Assembly (NCBI RefSeq): GCF_009914755.1
Contig: NC_060947.1
Strand: one strand, 5' to 3'
Origin: the human T2T-CHM13v2.0 reference genome, Homo sapiens
DNA length: 64,000 bases
The position numbers and the translations under genes are program-made. Shown here one piece after another: positions 1 through 10,900 of the stretch. The notes under the pieces were generated by a model, which ran no database searches, was not told the DNA's origin, and saw nothing but the letters and a program-made list of their open reading frames with translations. Position 1 is the first letter of the stretch; each line of letters opens with the position of its first letter.

Positions 1-3
1 TAT

Positions 4-20
4 TCCCGTTTCCAACGAAA
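4..20 (-). promoter_or_regulatory. CENP-B box, canonical; recurs at this offset in every HOR
   Basis: Minus strand reads TTTCGTTGGAAACGGGA, matching YTTCGTTGGAARCGGGA. Confidence 0.95.
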
Positions 21-345
21 TCCTCAGAGAGGTCCAAATATCCACCTGCAGATTCTACCAAAAGTGTATTTGGAAACTGCTCCATCAAAAGGCATGTTCA
101 GCTCTGTGAGTGAAACTCCATCATCACAAAGAATATTCTGAGAATGCTTCCGTTTGCCTTTTATATGAAGTTCCTTCCTATACGACCGTAGGCCTCAAAG
201 CAGTCCAAATCTCCATTTGCAGATTCTACAAAAAGAGTGATTCCAATCTGCTCTATCAATAGGATTGTTCAACTCCATGAGTTGAATGCCATCCTCACAA
301 AGTCGTTTCTAAGAATGCTTCTATCTAGTTTTTATGTGAAGATAT

Positions 346-362
346 TTCCTTTTCCACCACAG
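346..362 (+). other. A-type (pJalpha-like) box; related A boxes at 175, 1026, 1197 and 1552
   Basis: TTCCTTTTCCACCACAG sits at the CENP-B-box-equivalent position and resembles the pJalpha motif TTCCTTTTYCACCRTAG. Confidence 0.7.
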
Positions 363-516
363 GCCTCAAAGCCCTCCAAACGTCCACTTGCAGATTCTCG
401 AAAAAGAGTGTTTCATAGCTGCTCTTTCAAAAGGAAAGTTCAACTCTGGGAGTTGAATACAAACATCACAAAGTAGTTTCCGAGAATGCTTCTGTTTAGT
501 TTTTATGTGAAGATGA

Positions 517-533
517 TCCCGTTTCCAGTGAAA
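517..533 (-). other. Degenerate CENP-B box (B-type monomer, core broken)
   Basis: Minus strand TTTCACTGGAAACGGGA has TTCA in place of TTCG. Confidence 0.8.
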
Positions 534-687
534 TCTTCAAAGAGGTCCACATATCCCCTTGCAGATTCCAAAGAAAGAGGGTTTCAAAACTGCTCCATCA
601 GAAGGATTGTTCAACTCTGTGAGTTGAATGCAGTCATCGCAGAAAACTTTCTGAGAATGCTTCTGTCTAGGTTTGATGTGAAGATAT

Positions 688-704
688 AGACGTTTCAAAC
701 GAAG
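688..704 (-). other. Degenerate CENP-B box (core broken)
   Basis: Minus strand CTTCGTTTGAAACGTCT has CGTC in place of CGGG. Confidence 0.8.
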
Positions 705-854
705 GCTACAAAGTGGTCAAAATATACACTTGCAGATTCTACTACAAGGGTGTTGCAAACCTGAACTATCAAAGGAAGGTTCAACTCTGTGAGTTGAATA
801 CAAACATCACAAAGAATGTTCTGAGTTTGCTTCCGTTCAGTTATGGGAAGTTGA

Positions 855-871
855 TCCCGTTTCCAACGAAA
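855..871 (-). promoter_or_regulatory. CENP-B box, canonical; recurs in every HOR
   Basis: Plus strand tcccgtttccaacgaaa. Confidence 0.95.
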
Positions 872-1365
872 TCCTCAGAGAGGTCCAAATATCCCCTTGC
901 AGATTCTACAAAACGTGTGTTTGGAAACTGCTCCATCATAACGAATGTTCAGCTCCCTGAGTTAAACTCCATCGTCACAAAGAATTTTCTGAGAGTGCTA
1001 CCGTCTGGTTTTTATATGAAGCTCTTTCCTTCACTACCACAGGCCTCAAAGCGGTCCAAATCTCCACTTGCAGATTCTACAAAAAGAGTGTTTGCAAACT
1101 GCTCTATCAAAAGGAATGTTCAACTCTGGGAGTTGAATGCAATCATCACAGAGCAGTTTCTGAGAATGCTTCTATGTCGTTTTTAGGAGAAGATATTTCC
1201 TTTTCCAACACAGTCCTCCAAGCCCGCTAAATAGCCACTTGCACATTGTAGAAAAAGTGTGTCAAAGCTGCGCTATCAAAGGGAAAGTTCAACTCTGTGA
1301 GGTGAATGCAAACATCCCAAAGAAGTTTCTGAGAATGCTTCCGTTTAGCTTTTAGGTGAAGATTA

Positions 1366-1382
1366 TCCCGTTTCCAACGAAA
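1366..1382 (-). promoter_or_regulatory. CENP-B box, canonical; recurs in every HOR
   Basis: Plus strand tcccgtttccaacgaaa. Confidence 0.95.
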
Positions 1383-1411
1383 CCTTCAAAGAGGTCCAAA
1401 TATCCCCTTGC

Positions 1412-1417
1412 GGATCC
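1412..1417. other. BamHI site defining the 2.06-kb repeat
   Basis: GGATCC occurs once per HOR and is absent in HOR10 and HOR21. Confidence 0.9.
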
Positions 1418-1722
1418 CACAGAAAGAGTGTTTCGAAACTGCTGTTTCAAAAGGAATCTTCAACTCTGTGAGTTGAATGCAATCATCACAAAGAAGTTTC
1501 TGACAATGCTTCTCTCTCGTCTTTCTGTGAAGATAAAGGAAAAGGCTTTCAGGCCTTTTCCACCACAGGCCTGAAAGCGCTCCAAATGTCCACTTGCAGA
1601 TTCTGCCAAAAGAATATTTCAAAACTGCTCTATGAAAAGCAATGTTAAACTCTGTGGCTCGAACACAAACATCACAAAGCGGTTTCTGAGAATGCTTCAG
1701 TTTAGTTTTTCTGTGGAAATAT

Positions 1723-1739
1723 TCCCGTTTCCAAAGAAA
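1723..1739 (-). other. Degenerate CENP-B box (core broken)
   Basis: Minus strand TTTCTTTGGAAACGGGA has TTCT in place of TTCG. Confidence 0.8.
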
Positions 1740-1893
1740 TCTTCAAAGAGGTCCACGTATCCACTTACAGATTCTACAAAAAGACAGTTTCAAAACTGCT
1801 CCATCAAAAGGAGGGTTCAACTGTGTGACTTGAATGCAATCATCACTCAGAAGTTTCTGAGAATGCTTCTCTTTAGTTTTTACGTGAACATAT

Positions 1894-1910
1894 ACCCGTT
1901 TCGAACGAAG
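1894..1910 (-). promoter_or_regulatory. CENP-B box variant with intact 9-base core; recurs in every HOR
   Basis: Minus strand CTTCGTTCGAAACGGGT fits the core nTTCGnnnnAnnCGGGn. Confidence 0.85.
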
Positions 1911-4900
1911 GCCAGCCAGTGGTCCAAATATCCACTTGCAGATTCTACAGAAAGAGTGTTTCGAACCTGAACTCTCAAAGGCAGGTTCATCTCTGCGAGT
2001 TAAATGCATTCATCATGAAGAACTTTCTCAGAGTGTTTGTGTTTAGTTATGGGAAATTATTCCCGTTTCCAACGAAATCCTCAGAGAGCTCCAAATATCC
2101 ACCTGCAGATTCTACCAAAAGTGTATTTGGAAACTGCTCCATCAAAAGGCATGTTCAGCTCTGTGAGTGAAACTCCATCATCACAAAGAATATTCTGAGA
2201 ATGCTTCCATTTGCCTTTTATATGAAGTTCCTTCCTATACGACCGTAGGCCTCAAAGCAGTCCAAATCTCCATTTGCAGATTCTACAAAAAGAGTGATTC
2301 CAATCTGCTCTATCAATAGGATTGTTCAACTCCATGAGTTGAATGCCATCCTCACAAAGTCGTTTCTGAGAATGCTTCTATCTAGTTTTTATGTGAAGAT
2401 ATTTCCTTTTCCACCACAGGCCTCAAAGCCCTCCAAACGTCCACTTGCAGATTCTCGAAAAAGAGTGTTTCATAGCTGCTCTTTCAAAAGGAAAGTTCAA
2501 CTCTGGGAGTTGAATACAAACATCACAAAGTAGTTTCCGAGAATGCTTCTGTTTAGTTTTTATGTGAAGATGATCCCGTTTCCAGTGAAATCTTCAAAGA
2601 GGTCCACATATCCCCTTGCAGATTCCAAAGAAAGAGGGTTTCAAAACTGCTCCATCAGAAGGATTGTTCAACTCTGTGAGTTGAATGCAGTCATCGCAGA
2701 AAACTTTCTGAGAATGCTTCTGTCTAGGTTTGATGTGAAGATATAGACGTTTCAAACGAAGGCTACAAAGTGGTCAAAATATACACTTGCAGATTCTACT
2801 ACAAGGGTGTTGCAAACCTGAACTATCAAAGGAAGGTTCAACTCTGTGAGTTGAATACAAACATCACAAAGAATGTTCTGAGTTTGCTTCCGTTCAGTTA
2901 TGGGAAGTTGATCCCGTTTCCAACGAAATCCTCAGAGAGGTCCAAATATCCCCTTGCAGATTCTACAAAACGTGTGTTTGGAAACTGCTCCATCATAACG
3001 AATGTTCAGCTCCCTGAGTTAAACTCCATCGTCACAAAGAATTTTCTGAGAGTGCTACCGTCTGGTTTTTATATGAAGTTCTTTCCTTCACTACCACAGG
3101 CCTCAAAGCGGTCCAAATCTCCACTTGCAGATTCTACAAAAAGAGTGTTTGCAAACTGCTCTATCAAAAGGAATGTTCAACTCTGGGAGTTGAATGCAAT
3201 CATCACAGAGCAGTTTCTGAGAATGCTTCTATGTCGTTTTTAGGAGAAGATATTTCCTTTTCCAACACAGTCCTCCAAGCCCGCTAAATAGCCACTTGCA
3301 CATTGTAGAAAAAGTGTGTCAAAGCTGCGCTATCAAAGGGAAAGTTCAACTCTGTGAGGTGAATGCAAACATCCCAAAGAAGTTTCTGAGAATGCTTCCG
3401 TTTAGCTTTTAGGTGAAGATTATCCCGTTTCCAACGAAACCTTCAAAGAGGTCCAAATATCCCCTTGCGGATCCCACAGAAAGAGTGTTTCGAAACTGCT
3501 GTTTCAAAAGGAATCTTCAACTCTGTGAGTTGAATGCAATCATCCCAAAGAAGTTTCTGACAATGCTTCTCTCTCGTCTTTCTGTGAAGATAAAGGAAAA
3601 GGCTTTCAGGCCTTTTCCACCACAGGCCTGAAAGCGCTCCAAATGTCCACTTGCAGATTCTGCCAAAAGAATATTTCAAAACTGCTCTATGAAAAGCAAT
3701 GTTAAACTCTGTGGCTCGAACACAAACATCACAAAGCGGTTTCTGAGAATGCTTCAGTTTAGTTTTTCTGTGGAAATATTCCCGTTTCCAAAGAAATCTT
3801 CAAAGAGGTCCACGTATCCACTTACAGATTCTACAAAAAGACAGTTTCAAAACTGCTCCATCAAAAGGAGGGTTCTACTGTGTGACTTGAATGCAATCAT
3901 CACTCACAAGTTTCTGAGAATGCTTCTCTTTAGTTTTTACGTGAACATATACCCGTTTCGAACGAAGGCCACCCAGTGGTCCAAATATCCACTTGCAGAT
4001 TCTACAGAAAGAGTGTTTCAAACCTGAACTCTCAAAGGCAGGTTCATCTCTGCGAGTTAAATGCATTCATCATGAAGAACTTTCTCAGAGTGTTTGTGTT
4101 TAGTTATGGGAAATTATTCCCGTTTCCAACGAAATCCTCAGAGAGGTCCAAATATCCACCTGCAGATTCTACCAAAAGTGTATTTGGAAACTGCTCCATC
4201 AAAAGGCATGTTCAGCTCTGTGAGTGAAACTCCATCATCACAAAGAATATTCTGAGAATGCTTCCGTTTGCCTTTTATATGAAGTTCCTTCCTATACGAC
4301 CGTAGGCCTCAAAGCAGTCCAAATCTCCATTTGCAGATTCTACAAAAAGAGTGATTCCAATCTGCTCTATCAATAGGATTGTTCAACTCCATGAGTTGAA
4401 TGCCATCCTCACCAAGTCGTTTCTGAGAATGCTTCTATCTAGTTTTTATGTGAAGATATTTCCTTTTCCACCACAGGCCTCAAAGCCCTCCAAACGTCCA
4501 CTTGCAGATTCTCGAAAAAGAGTGTTTCATAGCTGCTCTTTCAAAAGGAAAGTTCAACTCTGGGAGTTGAATACAAACATCACAAAGTAGTTTCCGAGAA
4601 TGCTTCTGTTTAGTTTTTATGTGAAGATGATCCCGTTTCCAGTGAAATCTTCAAAGAGGTCCACATATCCCCTTGCAGATTCCAAAGAAAGAGGGTTTCA
4701 AAACTGCTCCATCAGAAGGATTGTTCAACTCTGTGAGTTGAATGCAGTCATCGCAGAAAACTTTCTGAGAATGCTTCTGTCTAGGTTTGATGTGAAGATA
4801 TAGACGTTTCAAACGAAGGCTACAAAGTGGTCAAAATATACACTTGCAGATTCTACTACAAGGGTGTTGCAAACCTGAACTATCAAAGGAAGGTTCAACT

Positions 4901-7900
4901 CTCTGAGTTGAATACAAACATCACAAAGAATGTTCTGAGTTTGCTTCCGTTCAGTTATGGGAAGTTGATCCCGTTTCCAACGAAATCCTCAGAGAGGTCC
5001 AAATATCCCCTTGCAGATTCTACAAAACGTGTGTTTGGAAACTGCTCCATCATAACGAATGTTCAGCTCCCTGAGTTAAACTCCATCGTCACAAAGAATT
5101 TTCTGAGAGTGCTACCGTCTGGTTTTTATATGAAGCTCTTTCCTTCACTACCACAGGCCTCAAAGCGGTCCAAATCTCCACTTGCAGATTCTACAAAAAG
5201 AGTGTTTGCAAACTGCTCTATCAAAAGGAATGTTCAACTCTGGGAGTTGAATGCAATCATCACAGAGCAGTTTCTGAGAATGCTTCTATGTCGTTTTTAG
5301 GAGAAGATATTTCCTTTTCCAACACAGTCCTCCAAGCCCGCTAAATAGCCACTTGCACATTGTAGAAAAAGTGTGTCAAAGCTGCGCTATCAAAGGGAAA
5401 GTTCAACTCTGTGAGGTGAATGCAAACATCCCAAAGAAGTTTCTGAGAATGCTTCCGTTTAGCTTTTAGGTGAAGATTATCCCGTTTCCAACGAAACCTT
5501 CAAAGAGGTCCAAATATCCCCTTGCGGATCCCACAGAAAGAGTGTTTCGAAACTGCTGTTTCAAAAGGAATCTTCAACTCTGTGAGTTGAATGCAATCAT
5601 CACAAAGAAGTTTCTGACAATGCTTCTCTCTCGTCTTTCTGTGAAGATAAAGGAAAAGGCTTTCAGGCCTTTTCCACCACAGGCCTGAAAGCGCTCCAAA
5701 TGTCCACTTGCAGATTCTGCCAAAAGAATATTTCAAAACTGCTCTATGAAAAGCAATGTTAAACTCTGTGGCTCGAACACAAACATCACAAAGCGGTTTC
5801 TGAGAATGCTTCAGTTTAGTTTTTCTGTGGAAATATTCCCGTTTCCAAAGAAATCTTCAAAGAGGTCCACGTATCCACTTACAGATTCTACAAAAAGACA
5901 GTTTCAAAACTGCTCCATCAAAAGGAGGGTTCAACTGTGTGACTTGAATGCAATCATCACTCAGAAGTTTCTGAGAATGCTTCTCTTTAGTTTTTACGTG
6001 AACATATACCCGTTTCGAACGAAGGCCAGCCAGTGGTCCAAATATCCACTTGCAGATTCTACAGAAAGAGTGTTTCGAACCTGAACTCTCAAAGGCAGGT
6101 TCATCTCTGCGAGTTAAATGCATTCATCATGAAGAACTTTCTCAGAGTGTTTGTGTTTAGTTATGGGAAATTATTCCCGTTTCCAACGAAATCCTCAGAG
6201 AGCTCCAAATATCCACCTGCAGATTCTACCAAAAGTGTATTTGGAAACTGCTCTATCAAAAGGCATGTTCAGCTCTGTGAGTGAAACTCCATCATCACAA
6301 AGAATATTCTGAGAATGCTTCCGTTTGCCTTTTATATGAAGTTCCTTCCCATACGACCGTAGGCCTCAAAGCAGTCCAAATCTCCATTTGCAGATTCTAC
6401 AAAAAGAGTGATTCCAATCTGCTCTATCAATAGGATTGTTCAACTCCATGAGTTGAATGCCATCCTCACAAAGTAGTTTCTGAGAATGCTTCTATCTAGT
6501 TTTTATGTGAAGATATTTCCTTTTCCACCACAGGCCTCAAAGCCCTCCAAACGTCCACTTGCAGATTCTCGAAAAAGAGTGTTTCATAGCTGCTCTTTCA
6601 AAAGGAAAGTTCAACTCTGGGAGTTGAATACAAACATCACAAAGTAGTTTCCGAGAATGCTTCTGTTTAGTTTTTATGTGAAGATGATCCCGTTTCCAGT
6701 GAAATCTTCAAAGAGGTCCACATATCCCCTTGCAGATTCCAAAGAAAGAGGGTTTCAAAACTGCTCCATCAGAAGGATTGTTCAACTCTGTGAGTTGAAT
6801 GCAGTCATCGCAGAAAACTTTCTGAGAATGCTTCTGTCTAGGTTTGATGTGAAGATATAGACGTTTCAAACGAAGGCTACAAAGTGGTCAAAATATACAC
6901 TTGCAGATTCTACTACAAGGGTGTTGCAAACCTGAACTATCAAAGGAAGGTTCAACTCTGTGAGTTGAATACAAACATCACAAAGAATGTTCTGAGTTTG
7001 CTTCCGTTCAGTTATGGGAAGTTGATCCCGTTTCCAACGAAATCCTCAGAGAGGTCCAAATATCCCCTTGCAGATTCTACAAAACGTGTGTTTGGAAACT
7101 GCTCCATCATAACGAATGTTCAGCTCCCTGAGTTAAACTCCATCGTCACAAAGAATTTTCTGAGAGTGCTACCGTCTGGTTTTTATATGAAGCTCTTTCC
7201 TTCACTACCACAGACCTCAAAGCGGTCCAAATCTCCACTTGCAGATTCTACAAAAAGAGTGTTTGCAAACTGCTCTATCAAAAGGAATGTTCAACTCTGG
7301 GAGTTGAATGCAATCATCACAGAGCAGTTTCTGAGAATGCTTCTATGTCGTTTTTAGGAGAAGATATTTCCTTTTCCAACACAGTCCTCCAAGCCCGCTC
7401 AATAGCCACTTGCACATTGTAGAAAAAGTGTGTCAAAGCTGCGCTATCAAAGGGAAAGTTCAACTCTGTGAGGTGAATGCAAACATCCCAAAGAAGTTTC
7501 TGAGAATGCTTCCGTTTAGCTTTTAGGTGAAGATTATCCCGTTTCCAACGAAACCTTCAAAGAGGTCCAAATATCCCCTTGCGGATCCCACAGAAAGAGT
7601 GTTTCGAAACTGCTGTTTCAAAAGGAATCTTCAACTCTGTGAGTTGAATGCAATCATCACAAAGAAGTTTCTGACAATGCTTCCCTCTCGTCTTTCTGTG
7701 AAGATAAAGGAAAAGGCTTTCAGGCCTTTTCCACCACAGGCCTGAAAGCGCTCCAAATGTCCACTTGCAGATTCTGCCAAAAGAATATTTCAAAACTGCT
7801 CTATGAAAAGCAATGTTAAACTCTGTGGCTCGAACACAAACATCACAAAGCAGTTTCTGAGAATGCTTCAGTTTAGTTTTTCTGTGGAAATATTCCCGTT

Positions 7901-10900
7901 TCCAAAGAAATCTTCAAAGAGGTCCACGTATCCACTTACAGATTCTACAAAAAGACAGTTTCAAAACTGCTCCATCAAAAGGAGGGTTCAACTGTGTGAC
8001 TTGAATGCAATCATCACTCAGAAGTTTCTGAGAATGCTTCTCTTTAGTTTTTACGTGAACATATACCCGTTTCGAACGAAGGCCAGCCAGTGGTCCAAAT
8101 ATCCACTTGCAGATTCTACAGAAAGAGTGTTTCGAACATGAACTCTCAAAGGCAGGTTCATCTCTGCGAGTTAAATGCATTCATCATGAAGAACTTTCTC
8201 AGAGTGTTTGTGTTTAGTTATGGGAAATTATTCCCGTTTCCAACGAAATCCTCAGAAAGCTCCAAATATCCACCTGCAGATTCTACCAAAAGTGTATTTG
8301 GAAACTGCTCCATCAAAAGGCATGTTCAGCTCTGTGAGTGAAACTCCATCATCACAAAGAATATTCTGAGAATGCTTCCGTTTGCCTTTTATATGAAGTT
8401 CCTTCCTATACGACCGTAGGCCTCAAAGCAATCCAAATCTCCATTTGCAGATTCTACTAAAAGAGTGATTCCAATCTGCTCTATCAATAGGATTGTTCAA
8501 CTCCATGAGTTGAATGCCATCCTCACAAAGTCGTTTCTGAGAATGCTTCTATCTAGTTTTTATGTGAAGATATTTCCTTTTCCACCACAGGCCTCAAAGC
8601 CCTCCAAACGTCCACTTGCAGATTCTCGAAAAAGAGTGTTTCATAGCTGCTCTTTCAAAAGGAAAGTTCAACTCTGGGAGTTGAATACAAACATCACAAA
8701 GTAGTTTCCGAGAATGCTTCTGTTTAGTTTTTATGTGAAGATGATCCCGTTTCCAGTGAAATCTTCAAAGAGGTCCACATATCCCCTTGCAGATTCCAAA
8801 GAAAGAGGGTTTCAAAACTGCTCCATCAGAAGGATTGTTCAACTCTGTGAGTTGAATGCAGTCATCGCAGAAAACTTTCTGAGAATGCTTCTGTCTAGGT
8901 TTGATGTGAAGATATAGACGTTTCAAACGAAGGCTACAAAGTGGTCAAAATATACACTTGCAGATTCTACTACAAGGGTGTTGCAAACCTGAACTATCAA
9001 AGGAAGGTTCAACTCTGTGAGTTGAATACAAACATCACAAAGAATGTTCTGAGTTTGCTTCCGTTCAGTTATGGGAAGTTGATCCCGTTTCCAACGAAAT
9101 CCTCAGAGAGGTCCAAATATCCCCTTGCAGATTCTACAAAACGTGTGTTTGGAAACTGCTCCATCATAACGAATGTTCAGCTCCCTGAGTTAAACTCCAT
9201 CGTCACAAAGAATTTTCTGAGAGTGCTACCGTCTGGTTTTTATATGAAGCTCTTTCCTTCACTACCACAGACCTCAAAGCGGTCCAAATCTCCACTTGCA
9301 GATTCTACAAAAAGAGTGTTTGCAAACTGCTCTATCAAAAGGAATGTTCAACTCTGGGAGTTGAATGCAATCATCACAGAGCAGTTTCTGAGAATGCTTC
9401 TATGTCGTTTTTAGGAGAAGATATTTCCTTTTCCAACACAGTCCTCCACGCCCGCTCAATAGCCACTTGCACATTGTAGAAAAAGTGTGTCAAAGCTGCG
9501 CTATCAAAGGGAAAGTTCAACTCTGTGAGGTGAATGCAAACATCCCAAAGAAGTTTCTGAGAATGCTTCCGTTTAGCTTTTAGGTGAAGATTATCCCGTT
9601 TCCAACGAAACCTTCAAAGAGGTCCAAATATCCCCTTGCGGATCCCACAGAAATAGTGTTTCGAAACTGCTGTTTCAAAAGGAATCTTCAACTCTGTGAG
9701 TTGAATGCAATCATCACAAAGAAGTTTCTGACAATGCTTCTCTCTCGTCTTTCTGTGAAGATAAAGGAAAAGGCTTTCAGGCCTTTTCCACCACAGGCCT
9801 GAAAGCGCTCCAAATGTCCACTTGCAGATTCTGCCAAAAGAATATTTCAAAACTGCTCTATGAAAAGCAATGTTAAACTCTGTGGCTCGAACACAAACAT
9901 CACAAAGCAGTTTCTGAGAATGCTTCAGTTTAGTTTTTCTGTGGAAATATTCCCGTTTCCAAAGAAATCTTCAAAGAGGTCCACGTATCCACTTACAGAT
10001 TCTACAAAAAGACAGTTTCAAAACTGCTCCATCAAAAGGAGGGTTCAACTGTGTGACTTGAATGCAATCATCACTCAGAAGTTTCTGAGAATGCTTCTCT
10101 TTAGTTTTTACGTGAACATATACCCGTTTCGAACGAAGGCCAGCCAGTGGTCCAAATATCCACTTGCAGATTCTACAGAAAGAGTGTTTCGAACCTGAAC
10201 TCTCAAAGGCAGGTTCATCTCTGCGAGTTAAATGCATTCATCATGAAGAACTTTCTCAGAGTGTTTGTGTTTAGTTATGGGAAATTATTCCCGTTTCCAA
10301 CGAAATCCTCAGAGAGCTCCAAATATCCACCTGCAGATTCTACCAAAAGTGTATTTGGAAACTGCTCCATCAAAAGGCATGTTCAGCTCTGTGAGTGAAA
10401 CTCCATCATCACAAAGAATATTCTGAGAATGCTTCCGTTTGCCTTTTATATGAAGTTCCTTCCTATACGACCGTAGGCCTCAAAGCAGTCCAAATCTCCA
10501 TTTGCAGATTCTACAAAAAGAGTGATTCCAATCTGCTCTATCAATAGGATTGTTCAACTCCATGAGTTGAATGCCATCCTCACAAAGTAGTTTCTGAGAA
10601 TGCTTCTATCTAGTTTTTATGTGAAGATATTTCCTTTTCCACCACAGGCCTCAAAGCCCTCCAAACGTCCACTTGCAGATTCTCGAAAAAGAGTGTTTCA
10701 TAGCTGCTCTTTCAAAAGGAAAGTTCAACTCTGGGAGTTGAATACAAACATCACAAAGTAGTTTCCGAGAATGCTTCTGTTTAGTTTTTATGTGAAGATG
10801 ATCCCGTTTCCAGTGAAATCTTCAAAGAGGTCCACATATCCCCTTGCAGATTCCAACGAAAGAGGGTTTCAAAACTGCTCCATCAGAAGGATTGTTCAAC

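Larger units (their letters stand above)
1366..1551 (-). repeat. 186-bp long monomer interval carrying a net ~15-bp insertion
   Basis: gaagata-aaggaaaaggctttcagg-ccttttccacc here, versus gaagata-ttt-ccttttccacc in the monomer near 340. It is present in all HOR copies. Confidence 0.88.
1..2057 (-). repeat. Representative HOR unit (HOR1) of 12 monomers
   Basis: Box-equivalent positions are 4, 175, 346, 517, 688, 855, 1026, 1197, 1366, 1552, 1723, 1894 and then 2061. Spacings of 171,171,171,171,167,171,171,169,186,171,171,167 sum to 2,057. Box types on the + strand run B A A B B B A A B A B B. Confidence 0.93.

Noticed and set aside
478-486. STAT/GAS-like TTCnnnGAA motifs (ttccgagaa, ttctgagaa) in most monomers
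   Set aside because: They are an intrinsic part of the alpha-satellite consensus, and the sequence alone gives no evidence of function.
1897-1907. Small dyad cgtt-tcg-aacg inside the variant CENP-B box
   Set aside because: A 4-bp stem is expected by chance.
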